A DNA stretch of 54,489 bases from Clostridia bacterium (GCA_045534555.1 JAZSJW010000024.1:1-54489); one strand, 5' to 3'. Counted from the stretch's first letter, positions 43,348-52,941 are shown. Translations and numbers: made by a program. Notes: generated by a model from the letters alone, not told the origin.

Positions 43348-45012
43348 ATGGGAAAACTTGAGCTAGAAAACATATTAAATGAAAAGACTGGTAATTGCTT
43401 TGGCTTTAAATTAAAGTCGGCATCGCTTGAAAAAGCTACCGGTCTTTGTTTTGTTGACTTTTTTTATAATGACGGAACGATACTTTCGCAAGAAAAAAGA
43501 AATGAAGCAGAGGATATTTTAAAGAGTATTTTACCAAAAGGCTTTGAATATGAAATAAAATTTACTAAAAACTTTGTGGTTAATGAGTCTGTGGAAAATA
43601 TAATTCGAGAATTTTTTAAACATAAATTTCCATCAGTTTTATATAATATTTTAAAAATAGATTGTGAGCAAGAAAATAAGCATATTGAGATTGGTGTTGA
43701 AGAAAAAGTTTATGACTATGTTTTAGACCATAAGGTAGAAAAAGTTTTTGAAGATTATCTTAAAGAGTGTTTTATGGCAGATATTAAGGTAACAATAAAA
43801 GTTGATGCTGGTTATCGTGAGATAGTTGTTGAAGAACAAGACTTTGATTTTGAAATATTTGATCCGGCAAAAAGTGAAGATAGGTTTATTGAGGTAACAG
43901 AAGTTGAACCTTTGGTTGGAGAATTTAAAGATGCTTTAGCATATTATATAAAAGATAAAAAAGTACCAGAAGACAATGTTGTAGTTTGTGGAAAAATTTT
44001 ATTTATAAAAGAATATGCTTATCAAGTTAAATCAAAAGCAATAAAAGAGGAGAAAGAAAACAAAACAGATAATGTTCAAAAAGATCAAGAAGAAAAACAA
44101 ATAGAAGAAGTTACCAATGATGCTAATAGTGTAAATGAAGAAGAACATAAAAACGAACGAAAATATTTTAAGTTTAGTATAGAAGATTTTACAGGAAAGT
44201 TATCTTGTGTATTCTTTGCAAATAAAAACAATGTAGAGTTAATGCATAAGCTAGAACCTGGTCATACTGTTATTATTGAGGGTAAACTAGAACCTGATAC
44301 TTATTCTGGTGGTGTAAGTATGAGGGTTAAAAATATTAGTAAGTGTGTATTGCCTGAAACTTTTGAAGAGAAAATTAATTACAAACCAGAACCTAAATCA
44401 TATAAATTTGTGTTTCCTGAAAAAGTGGAACTTTATACTCAAGGTGATTTGTTCTCAGTTGAAGAAAAAAAAGTTGATGAGTTTTTGCTTAACAATGATG
44501 TTGTTGTTTTCGACTTTGAAACTACAGGTTTAAACTTAGATGGGTCGGATAAAATTATTGAGATAGGTGCTGTAAAGGTTGTAAAAGGTAAAATTACAGA
44601 AAAGTTTATGTGTTTTATAGACCCTGAAATGAAAATACCAGCAGAAGCTAGTAAAATTCATGGAATATTCGATGTTGATGTAAAGGGTGCAAATACATAT
44701 GATCAGGTGTTGGCAGACTTTTATAAATTTACAAGAAATAGTTATTTATCGGGTTACAATATAAAGGGTTTTGATATGGTGTTTTTGCAACATTTTGGAA
44801 AACTTAGTGGATATAATTTTGATAATCCGTTATTAGACGTTTATCCTTTAGCGCAAAAACTTTTGAAAGGTTTAAAGAATTATAAGCTAGGTACTGTTGC
44901 GGCTCATTTAGGTGTAGTATTAGATAATGCACACAGGGCGGTTTTTGATACAATTGCTACTGCTGAGGTTTTATTAAAGCTTTCTGAAATAGAACCGATA
45001 TCGTTAGACTAA
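43348..45012 (+). CDS. PolC-derived 3'-5' exonuclease (N-terminal region + OB fold + DEDDh exonuclease; no PHP or polymerase domain)
   Basis: OB-like FSIEDFTGKLSCVFF..GHTVIIEGKLEPDTYSG; ExoI DFETTG (D389, E391), ExoII YN..FD (D476), ExoIII HRAVFD (H529, D534); sits at the polC position between rseP and rimP. Confidence 0.85.
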   Translation: MGKLELENILNEKTGNCFGFKLKSASLEKATGLCFVDFFYNDGTILSQEKRNEAEDILKSILPKGFEYEIKFTKNFVVNESVENIIREFFKHKFPSVLYNILKIDCEQENKHIEIGVEEKVYDYVLDHKVEKVFEDYLKECFMADIKVTIKVDAGYREIVVEEQDFDFEIFDPAKSEDRFIEVTEVEPLVGEFKDALAYYIKDKKVPEDNVVVCGKILFIKEYAYQVKSKAIKEEKENKTDNVQKDQEEKQIEEVTNDANSVNEEEHKNERKYFKFSIEDFTGKLSCVFFANKNNVELMHKLEPGHTVIIEGKLEPDTYSGGVSMRVKNISKCVLPETFEEKINYKPEPKSYKFVFPEKVELYTQGDLFSVEEKKVDEFLLNNDVVVFDFETTGLNLDGSDKIIEIGAVKVVKGKITEKFMCFIDPEMKIPAEASKIHGIFDVDVKGANTYDQVLADFYKFTRNSYLSGYNIKGFDMVFLQHFGKLSGYNFDNPLLDVYPLAQKLLKGLKNYKLGTVAAHLGVVLDNAHRAVFDTIATAEVLLKLSEIEPISLD

Positions 45013-45041
45013 ATTAAACAAAAGTTTTTTTGACTAAATAC

Positions 45042-45070
45042 TTGCAAAATGGGAACTATATATGTATAAT
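45042..45070 (+). promoter_or_regulatory. SigA-type promoter of rimP-nusA-infB operon
   Basis: TTGCAA-N17-TATAAT. Confidence 0.75.
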
Positions 45071-45090
45071 ATAAGTATATCAAGCGTTTC

Positions 45091-45120
45091 TTTGGGAGTG
45101 GCAAAAATGCCACTCCTAAA
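45091..45120 (+). promoter_or_regulatory. rimP leader hairpin
   Basis: TTTGGGAGTGGCA-aaaa-TGCCACTCCTAAA in the 5'UTR; a GAGTGG/CCACTC hairpin is typical upstream of rimP in Bacillota. Confidence 0.7.
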
Positions 45121-45151
45121 ATTTTGATTAAAAAAAGATAAGGAGAAAAGT

Positions 45152-45613
45152 GTGGCAAACGTAAAAAAACAAGTTGAAGACTTGGTAACACCAATAGCAG
45201 ATGAGTTAGGCCTAGAGATTGTTGAAGTTGCTTTTGAAAAGAAATATGACGGCATGAATTTAACGATTTACATTGATAAGAAAGGTGGTGTAAATCTAGA
45301 TGATTGTGAAGCCTTTCATAAAGCGATTGATGAGCCTCTAGATGAGTTAGACCCAACTAACGGAAGCTCATATACATTAAATGTTTCTTCTGCGGGTCTT
45401 GATAGGGAAATAAAAACCGATAAAGATTTTGAAAGAAATATAAATGAAGTGTTAGAAATAAATTTATTTAAAAAATTGGGTCAAAGTAAAAAGTTTGTGG
45501 GTGAACTTTTAAACTTTGATGACAGTAAAGTATCAATTAAAGACAAAAAGGGTAATGTGATAGATATAGAGAGGAATATTATATCTAAAGCCACAAAGTA
45601 TATAGAATTTTAA
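45152..45613 (+). CDS. rimP: Ribosome maturation factor RimP
   Basis: LTIYIDKKGGVNLDDCE, YTLNVSSAGLDR. Confidence 0.96.
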   Translation: MANVKKQVEDLVTPIADELGLEIVEVAFEKKYDGMNLTIYIDKKGGVNLDDCEAFHKAIDEPLDELDPTNGSSYTLNVSSAGLDREIKTDKDFERNINEVLEINLFKKLGQSKKFVGELLNFDDSKVSIKDKKGNVIDIERNIISKATKYIEF

Positions 45614-45626
45614 GGAGAATAGAAAA

Positions 45627-46757
45627 GTGACAAATAAAGATTTCTTTCTTGCTCTAGATGAGCTTGAAAAACAAAAGGGTATTAAAAAAGAGTTTTTTAT
45701 CGAAACATTAGAAAGTGCATTAGTTGCAGCTTATAAAAAGAATTTTGGAGAATCAAAAGCGGTTACTGTAAAATTAAACCCAGATAAGAATACAATTAAA
45801 GTAATAGCTTATAAAACTGTTGTAGAAGTAGTTGAAGATCCAGATACACAAATTGCTTTAGAAGAAGCTAAACTAATCAAAAAATCTTATAAAGTTGGCG
45901 ATCAAGTAAACGAGGAAATTACACCAAAAGAATTTGGTCGTATTGCTGCAGGAACAGCAAAGCAAGTTATTACTCAAAAATTAAGAGAAGCAGAAAGAAG
46001 TATTGCCTTTGGTGAATTAGAAGAAAAAGTTGATACTTTAATGGCTGGTTATATTCGCCGTCAAGAGAGTGATACTTACTACATAGAACTTGCTAATACA
46101 CAAATTGAAGGTGTATTAATGCCAAATGATCAAATTGCAAGTGAAAAATACATGATTAATGATAGAATTCGTGTATATGTTAAGAAATTAAGAGAAACAT
46201 CAAGAGGTGTTCAAGCAATTGTTTCTAGATCTAACCCAGGATTTGTAAGAAAATTGTTTGAAAACGAAGTTCCTGAAATTTCTACAGGTCACGTAGTAAT
46301 TAAAAGTATAGTACGTGATGCTGGGTATAGAACAAAAATGGCAATACACAGTGATGACCCACAAATTGATCCGCTTGGAGCATGTGTAGGTAATAAAGGA
46401 ACACGTGTAAATAGTGTTGTTTCAGAACTTGGTGGAGAAAAAGTTGATATTATTATTTGGAGCGATGACCCATTTGAATATATTGCAAGAGCTTTATCTC
46501 CAGCAACAGTAATATCTGTTGAAATTGATGAATTAAATAAATCTGCTAAGGTAATTGTTCCTGATGATAAATTATCTTTAGCAATTGGTAAGAGCGGTCA
46601 AAATGTTCGTTTAGCTGCGAAGTTAACAGGCTGGAAAATAGATGTTAAGAGCGAATCTGCTGCACTCAAAGAAGAACAAGCACCAAAAGCTCAAGAAGAA
46701 ATAATTTCTCTTGATGATCTTGATAGCATCTTTGGTTCAGTTGATATTGACGAATAA
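45627..46757 (+). CDS. nusA: Transcription termination factor NusA
   Basis: FGRIAA.TAKQVI.QKLREAER, EVPEI, GACVG, LSLAIGKSGQNVRLAAKLTGWKID. Confidence 0.99.
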   Translation: MTNKDFFLALDELEKQKGIKKEFFIETLESALVAAYKKNFGESKAVTVKLNPDKNTIKVIAYKTVVEVVEDPDTQIALEEAKLIKKSYKVGDQVNEEITPKEFGRIAAGTAKQVITQKLREAERSIAFGELEEKVDTLMAGYIRRQESDTYYIELANTQIEGVLMPNDQIASEKYMINDRIRVYVKKLRETSRGVQAIVSRSNPGFVRKLFENEVPEISTGHVVIKSIVRDAGYRTKMAIHSDDPQIDPLGACVGNKGTRVNSVVSELGGEKVDIIIWSDDPFEYIARALSPATVISVEIDELNKSAKVIVPDDKLSLAIGKSGQNVRLAAKLTGWKIDVKSESAALKEEQAPKAQEEIISLDDLDSIFGSVDIDE

Positions 46758-46759
46758 TA

Positions 46760-47020
46760 TTGGAGAAAAACATGAAAAAACCTGAAAGAACATGTGCCAT
46801 CTGCAGAAAGAAGGCTGAGAAGGGAGCTTTCATTCGTGTAGTTAGGCTGGTTGATGGGCAAATACAAATTGACGTTACTCACAAAAGAGATGGTCGAGGA
46901 ATGTATATTTGTAATACAGAAGAATGCATATCAAAAGCAATAAAAACAAGAGCTATATCAAGAGTGTTTAAAAAAGATGTTGGTAATCAAATTTATGATG
47001 ATTTAGGTGGCTTGTTATGA
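46760..47020 (+). CDS. ylxR: YlxR/RnpM family RNA-binding protein
   Basis: PERTCAICR, GRGMYIC...C; position after nusA. The start may be ATG 46772. Confidence 0.92.
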   Translation: MEKNMKKPERTCAICRKKAEKGAFIRVVRLVDGQIQIDVTHKRDGRGMYICNTEECISKAIKTRAISRVFKKDVGNQIYDDLGGLL

Positions 47021-47301
47021 AGGTAGACAAGATTAAAGCTTATGTTGGGTTTGCAATAAAATCCAAAAGCATATTGTTTGGTTTAGATAAAATCAAAGAA
47101 AAGAAGGTTGAGATTATTATCTTTAGTGAGCAATTATCAAAATCATCAACTATTGATTTGAGAAAGATTGCAGAAAAAAATGATTGCAAATGTATTGAAA
47201 TAAAAAATGAAGAAATGCTAACTCTTGTTGGCAGTGAAAAAGTAAAAGCTTTTGCTATTCAGAATAAAGAATTGGCTAAAGCCATAGAAAGTAATATTTA
47301 A
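47017..47301 (+). CDS. L7Ae-family (YlxQ-like) RNA-binding protein
   Basis: YVGFAIKSKSILFG...AFAIQNKELAKAI; located between ylxR and infB. Confidence 0.8.
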   Translation: MKVDKIKAYVGFAIKSKSILFGLDKIKEKKVEIIIFSEQLSKSSTIDLRKIAEKNDCKCIEIKNEEMLTLVGSEKVKAFAIQNKELAKAIESNI

Positions 47302-47323
47302 CTTAGAATTTGGAGGGAAAAAA

Positions 47324-49837
47324 TTGGTGAATACCGATAAAACTCAAGGAAAGACACAGTTTGAAAGTATAAAAAAGATGCAAGAACTAATGCAAAAAAA
47401 TGCATTAGGTAATTTGAGTGCAAATTTGAAAAGGGCTAGAGCGAGACTAGACCAATTATCAGTAAGTTTTAACCAAAAACGCGAAAAATTAATGAAGGAA
47501 AGTAGTGTTAAGGTTAATATACAAGAGCCTGCACAAGTAAAGGTTGAAGCAAAGGTTAAAGAAGTTTCGGAAAAATCGACTTCACCGACAACAGTTTCTG
47601 TTCAAGAAAGACGTTCTGTAAATAATTCTCAAATGCAAACTCATCAACCAATGCAGAGACAAGGTGGAGGTTTTGCTGATAGAAATGTTCGTAATTTTGG
47701 TCAGAGTGCTCAAAAACAAGGTTTTGGTGCAAGGCAAAATGCTAATAATGGTCAAAGGACTAACGGTGGTTTTAATAAACCATCTAGTTTTGCTGGCAGA
47801 CAAAATCAAGTTAATGTTCAAAAACAAGGTCTTGGTAGAATTTCAAATGCAGATAAAATAGATGCTAGTACTTTAATAAAACCAAATTCTATGGTTAATC
47901 ATACACAAGCAAAGAAGAAAAACTTTGATAGTAAAGCAAGTGACGATAAAAAATCAATGAACAAAAAAGCACTCGTTATGCGCGGTTATGTTGAAGACGA
48001 TACTTTGTTTGATGATGGCGAAAGAATGGGTTCTAAAAAACGTGGTAAAAAACAAAAAGAAGCAGCTCCAGTAGTTGTTGCTCCAAAGATTGAGCATGCT
48101 GTTATTACAACAGATAATTTGACTGTTAAAGTTTTGGCAGAAAAAATTGGTAGACCAGTAGCAGAAATAATGAGTAAGTTCTTGCTTTTGGGTATGATGG
48201 TTAATATAAACAGTAATATTGACTATGATTCAGCAGAGCTTATTGCTTCAGAATTGGGTGTTACATTAGAGAGAAAGGTAGAAAAAACAGCAGAAGAACA
48301 ACTTGCAGATATTTATAGTGCTGAAAGTGATGATGAAAAATCATTAAAGAAAAGACCTCCAGTTGTTACAGTTATGGGTCACGTTGACCATGGTAAAACA
48401 TCTCTTCTTGACTATATCCGTAAAAGCAATGTAATTTCAGGAGAAGCAGGCGGAATTACTCAACATATTGGTGCATATCAAATTCAAGTTAATGGCGAAA
48501 TTGTAACATTTATTGATACTCCGGGTCACGCAGCTTTTGATGCGATGAGAAAACGTGGTGCGAGTTTAACAGACGTTGCGATTTTGGTTGTTGCAGCTGA
48601 TGATGGTGTTATGCCACAGACAAAAGAGTCTATCAAATTTATTAAAGAAGCAAACGTTCCAATGATTGTTGCTATTAATAAAATAGATGTTAAAACAGCT
48701 AATGTTGATAGAGTAAAAGAACAACTTGCCGCTGAAGGAGTTATGCCTGAAGAATGGGGCGGAGAAACAATCATGGTTCCTATCTCAGCTAAGCAAGGAT
48801 TAAATGTAGATAAGCTTTTAGAGATGGTATTATTTGTTGCGGAATATCAAAATTTAAGAGCAAATGCAGATAGAAAAGCTTCAGGTAGCATTATTGAAGC
48901 TAGACTTGATAAAGGTATGGGAACTGTTGCTACAGTACTTGTTCAAAACGGAACATTAAATGTTGGTGATATCGTAGTTGCGGGAACTGCTACAGGTAAA
49001 GTTAGAGCTATGATTAATGAAAAGGGAGCTCATGTCAAGAAAGCTGGACCATCAACACCTGTTGCAATTTTAGGTCTAAGTTCGGTTCCAAATGCGGGTG
49101 ACCAATTATATGTCGTTGATGAAAAATTCTCAAAACAAATTTTAACTGAAAGAACAAACAAACAAAAGACAAGCATGATTAAAGCTGAAGACTTATCGTT
49201 AGATAATCTTCTCAATAAAATAGCCGACAGTAACTATAAAGACTATAATGTTATCATTAAAGGCGATGTTCAAGGTTCAATTGAGGCATTAAAACAATCT
49301 CTTTCTGTAATTAAAAATGACGAAGTAAAAGTTAGATGTATACATGGTGGTGTTGGTGCAATTAATGAAAATGATATTATGCTTGCAGAGGCATCTCATG
49401 CAGTTGTAATTGGATTTAATGTAAAACCAGATGCAAAAGCTAAAAATATGGCTGAAAAAGCAAAAGTAGACATTAAATTCTTTAGAATTATTTATGAAGC
49501 AATTGATTTTGTAACAGAAGAAATTGATAAATTAATGGCTCCAAAATATAGAGAAGTTATTACTGGGCATGCTGAAGTTAGAGCTTTATTCAAAGCAAGC
49601 AAGGTTGGAATTATTGCAGGTTCTTATGTTCTTGATGGAAAAATTACTAAAAATAGCAAAGCAAGAGTATCTAGAAACGGAAAACAAATTTATGAAGGCT
49701 CAATAGCAACTCTTCAAAGAGAGAAAAATGAAGTTAAAGAAGTTAATACAGGTTTTGAATTTGGTACAACTCTTCAAGGTTTCTCAGATATTCAAGTAGG
49801 GGATATTATTGAAACTTATGCTCTAGAAAGAATTTAA
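47324..49837 (+). CDS. infB: Translation initiation factor IF-2
   Basis: RPPVVTVMGHVDHGKTSLLD, EAGGITQHIGAY, DTPGHAAF, NKID. Confidence 0.99.
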   Translation: MVNTDKTQGKTQFESIKKMQELMQKNALGNLSANLKRARARLDQLSVSFNQKREKLMKESSVKVNIQEPAQVKVEAKVKEVSEKSTSPTTVSVQERRSVNNSQMQTHQPMQRQGGGFADRNVRNFGQSAQKQGFGARQNANNGQRTNGGFNKPSSFAGRQNQVNVQKQGLGRISNADKIDASTLIKPNSMVNHTQAKKKNFDSKASDDKKSMNKKALVMRGYVEDDTLFDDGERMGSKKRGKKQKEAAPVVVAPKIEHAVITTDNLTVKVLAEKIGRPVAEIMSKFLLLGMMVNINSNIDYDSAELIASELGVTLERKVEKTAEEQLADIYSAESDDEKSLKKRPPVVTVMGHVDHGKTSLLDYIRKSNVISGEAGGITQHIGAYQIQVNGEIVTFIDTPGHAAFDAMRKRGASLTDVAILVVAADDGVMPQTKESIKFIKEANVPMIVAINKIDVKTANVDRVKEQLAAEGVMPEEWGGETIMVPISAKQGLNVDKLLEMVLFVAEYQNLRANADRKASGSIIEARLDKGMGTVATVLVQNGTLNVGDIVVAGTATGKVRAMINEKGAHVKKAGPSTPVAILGLSSVPNAGDQLYVVDEKFSKQILTERTNKQKTSMIKAEDLSLDNLLNKIADSNYKDYNVIIKGDVQGSIEALKQSLSVIKNDEVKVRCIHGGVGAINENDIMLAEASHAVVIGFNVKPDAKAKNMAEKAKVDIKFFRIIYEAIDFVTEEIDKLMAPKYREVITGHAEVRALFKASKVGIIAGSYVLDGKITKNSKARVSRNGKQIYEGSIATLQREKNEVKEVNTGFEFGTTLQGFSDIQVGDIIETYALERI

Positions 49838-49847
49838 GGAGTAAAAT

Positions 49848-50207
49848 ATGGCTAATATTAGAATGAGTAGGATTAATGGGGAATTGCAGAAAGCTATTGC
49901 AGAGGTTGTTGCAAATAGACTAAACAATCCTGATTTAGATGGTTTAATTATATCTATAATAGATGTTGATACAGCTCCCGATTTGAGTATTGCAAAAATC
50001 GCAGTTAGTGTTTTAGCTCCTAATGAAACGAAACACTTAGTAGTTGCAGAACTTAACAGAGCGAAAAACTTTATAAGAAGAGAAGTAATGCGTATGGTGA
50101 GGTTGAGAACTACGCCTGACTTTATTTTCAATGTTGATGATTCATATGAAAAAGGTCAAAAGATTATGAACCTTATTGATAAAGTTTCTAGTGAAAACAA
50201 GGAGTAG
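49848..50207 (+). CDS. rbfA: Ribosome-binding factor A
   Basis: RMSRINGEL, DLSIAKI, FIRREV, LRTTPDFIF.VDDS. Confidence 0.95.
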   Translation: MANIRMSRINGELQKAIAEVVANRLNNPDLDGLIISIIDVDTAPDLSIAKIAVSVLAPNETKHLVVAELNRAKNFIRREVMRMVRLRTTPDFIFNVDDSYEKGQKIMNLIDKVSSENKE

Positions 50208-50212
50208 TCATT

Positions 50213-51196
50213 TTGGATAATCAAGCCATTGAAAAAATTTGTAGTATAATAAAGAGTAATAGAAGTTTTTCTGTTTATACTCATATCAATGCAGATATTG
50301 ATGCATTAGGTTCTTCATTAGTATTAAAAAGAGCATTATCAAAGATGGGAAAAACAGTACACATATTTGTTGATTCAATATTTCCTAGTAATACAGTAAT
50401 GTTTGAAGATATAGATAAAATTAACAATGAAAAACAAGATGCGTATGATGTCTGCTTTGTGTTAGATGCGCCAACAGAGGCTCGACTTGGTAGATTAAAG
50501 TATAAATATAGAAAAAATATAAAAACTTTAGTTTGTGTAGATCATCATGAGGACAATGAAATACCTACTAAAAATAAACTGGTTGATATTAATGTATCAT
50601 CAACTTGTGAATTAATTTATTTAATAATTAAGGCTTTAAAAGTTGACATTGATAAAGAAATATGTAAACTATTAATTAGTGGAACATATACGGACACAGG
50701 TGCACTGCAATTTTCAAATACAAAAAGTTCAACGTATTTGATGCTTGCAGACCTGCTTAATATATATGGTTCCGCTATTGATGAGATTTCAATGCCATTA
50801 TTTAACAACTTATCTAAAGAAGCGTTTAATTTAAAATGTTTAGCATATGATAGATTAGAACTTCATGGTGAGGATAAGATTGCACTCATTTCAATTAAAA
50901 AAGAAGATTTTGTTAGGCTAAAAGTTAGATTTGGTGAAACAAAAGGTCTTGCAGATATTGGAATGCAAATTGGTTCAGTAAAGGTTGTTGTTTTAATTTC
51001 AGAAAGTGATGTGGATGAAGGGGCATATCACATTTCAATTAGAACAAAAGGCGATTACAGTGCTAAAAATATTGCTGAAGAATTCGGTGGGGGAGGCCAC
51101 TTGAAAGCTTCTGGGTGTAAAATTAGGGATAGCTTAGAAAATGTTAGAAGGAGCATTTTAGAAGCTGCTCAAAGGGAAGTAAATAGATTGTGTTAG
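50213..51196 (+). CDS. nrnA: DHH-family phosphoesterase (NrnA-like)
   Basis: H.NADIDALGS, VLD, DHH, TDTG, SIRTK..GGGGH. Confidence 0.9.
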   Translation: MDNQAIEKICSIIKSNRSFSVYTHINADIDALGSSLVLKRALSKMGKTVHIFVDSIFPSNTVMFEDIDKINNEKQDAYDVCFVLDAPTEARLGRLKYKYRKNIKTLVCVDHHEDNEIPTKNKLVDINVSSTCELIYLIIKALKVDIDKEICKLLISGTYTDTGALQFSNTKSSTYLMLADLLNIYGSAIDEISMPLFNNLSKEAFNLKCLAYDRLELHGEDKIALISIKKEDFVRLKVRFGETKGLADIGMQIGSVKVVVLISESDVDEGAYHISIRTKGDYSAKNIAEEFGGGGHLKASGCKIRDSLENVRRSILEAAQREVNRLC

Positions 51197-52044
51197 GATT
51201 TTATAACGTAATAAAACCGACAGGTGTTTCTTCTGGATATGTTGTTAATAAAATTAAGTGGTTAACTAAAGAAAAAGTTGGGCACTTAGGAACATTGGAT
51301 CCATTAGCATCAGGAGTTTTGCCTATAGCAATAGGTAAAGCAACTAGATTTTTTGATTATTTTTTAAATAAAGACAAAGTATATTATGCACTGATGAAGG
51401 TTGGTGTTTTGACAGATACTCTCGATAGTGAAGGTAAGATTGTAGCTGTTAAAAATCGTAAAATTTCACTTGAAGAAGTGAAAAGTGTTTCTATGTCTTT
51501 TTTAGGGGAAAGCATGCAAGTTCCTCCTCTTTATTCTGCGAGAAGTTTTAATGGAATGAGAGGATATGAAGCTGCATTAAAAAATAAAGATATTTCTTTA
51601 GAAGCAAAAAAAATAAACATATATTCAATTGACGTTGAAAATTGGATACAAGAAGATGTCTTTGCTATAACAATACATTGTTCGAGTGGAACGTATGTGC
51701 GTTCATTGTTAAGAGATATAGCGGATAGGCTTGGTGTTGTTGGCACGACAGTTGCTATAATTAGATTAAAAAGTGGCGCTTTTAAAATTGATAATGCCGT
51801 TACTTTAGAAGATATAGAGAAAGATATTAATGTAGGTTTATTAAAAGTCAATGAAGTTTTGGATAAGCCAAAATATGATTTAACTTTTAAACAGGCTAAG
51901 GATTTGGCTTCTGGAAAAGATGTTTGTCTTGAGAATTTAGATGGTGAATTTTTGCTTTGCTATGATGGCAGAGAATTTTCTTTTGCAAAAATTTCAAACG
52001 GAAAAATAATTAATAATATTTATTTATATGAGGGTGTGCTATGA
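51190..52044 (+). CDS. truB: tRNA pseudouridine(55) synthase
   Basis: KVGHLGTLDPLASGVL, TDTLDSEG, QVPPLYSA, CSSGTYVRSL. Confidence 0.96.
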   Translation: MLGFYNVIKPTGVSSGYVVNKIKWLTKEKVGHLGTLDPLASGVLPIAIGKATRFFDYFLNKDKVYYALMKVGVLTDTLDSEGKIVAVKNRKISLEEVKSVSMSFLGESMQVPPLYSARSFNGMRGYEAALKNKDISLEAKKINIYSIDVENWIQEDVFAITIHCSSGTYVRSLLRDIADRLGVVGTTVAIIRLKSGAFKIDNAVTLEDIEKDINVGLLKVNEVLDKPKYDLTFKQAKDLASGKDVCLENLDGEFLLCYDGREFSFAKISNGKIINNIYLYEGVL

Positions 52045-52886
52045 TTAAATTTGGTCCATCTGGTTTTTGTGATGATTTTTTATTGGAATATTCACATAGC
52101 GAGGAAATGCCAAAATGGTTAAATCAACATGGTTTAAATGCATATGAGTATGCATTTAATAAGGGTGTTCGAATTACTGATGAAAAGGCTATAAAAATTA
52201 AAGAAGCTTTTGACGAATATAATATTGAATTGAGTGTTCACGGACCTTATTACATAAACTTAGCTAATCCAGATGACGAAATGGCAGATAAGTCGAAAGG
52301 CTATATTATTGATAGTCTTAGAAAAATGAAACTTATGGGTGCTAAAAAGCTAGTGTTTCATCCAGGAAGTTTAACAAAAAGTTCAAGAGAAGTTGCCTTT
52401 AACTTAGTTTTAAAAAGGTTAAAAGAATTAGTTGATTTACTTGATGAAAATGGTTTTGATGATATGTATATTTGTCCAGAAACAATGGGAAAGCATGGTC
52501 AAGTTGGAACAGTAGAAGAAGTTGCAAAAATGTGTGCGATAGATAGGCGTATTATGCCAACTCTTGATTTTGGACATATTAATTCGTTTAATCTTGGTTC
52601 GTTAAAGACAGAAGATGATTTTAGAAAAGTGTTTTTGACATTAAAAGAACATATTGGAGATAGATATAAAAATGTTCACATACATTTCTCTAAGATTATG
52701 TTCGGAGATAAAGGAGAATTAAAACATTTAACTTTTGTTGATAATCAAGGTTTCGGTCCGGATTTTGAGCCACTTGCTAAAGTTTTAAAAGAAATGGATA
52801 TAAATGCAACAATAATATGCGAGTCTAGAGGAACTCAAACCGCAGATGCAGTTAAAATGCAAAATATTTTTTTAGGAAACAATTGA
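52041..52886 (+). CDS. Endonuclease IV-like TIM-barrel protein
   Basis: LSVHGPYYINLAN, VFHPG, PETMGK, LDFGH, HIHFS, ICES metal-binding motifs. Confidence 0.88.
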   Translation: MIKFGPSGFCDDFLLEYSHSEEMPKWLNQHGLNAYEYAFNKGVRITDEKAIKIKEAFDEYNIELSVHGPYYINLANPDDEMADKSKGYIIDSLRKMKLMGAKKLVFHPGSLTKSSREVAFNLVLKRLKELVDLLDENGFDDMYICPETMGKHGQVGTVEEVAKMCAIDRRIMPTLDFGHINSFNLGSLKTEDDFRKVFLTLKEHIGDRYKNVHIHFSKIMFGDKGELKHLTFVDNQGFGPDFEPLAKVLKEMDINATIICESRGTQTADAVKMQNIFLGNN

Positions 52887-52911
52887 TTTGGTATAAGTCA
52901 TATGTTATAAT
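52883..52911 (+). promoter_or_regulatory. SigA-type promoter of efp
   Basis: TTGATT-N17-TATAAT with a TG extended -10. Confidence 0.7.
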
Positions 52912-52941
52912 ATAAAAGTAAGTTATTTATTGGAGGATATT

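Noticed and set aside
43348-45012. Simple polC pseudogene or plain dnaQ
   Set aside because: No frameshift or residual PHP/polymerase sequence follows, and the catalytic residues are intact. The ~380-aa PolC-like N-terminal part is too long for plain DnaQ.
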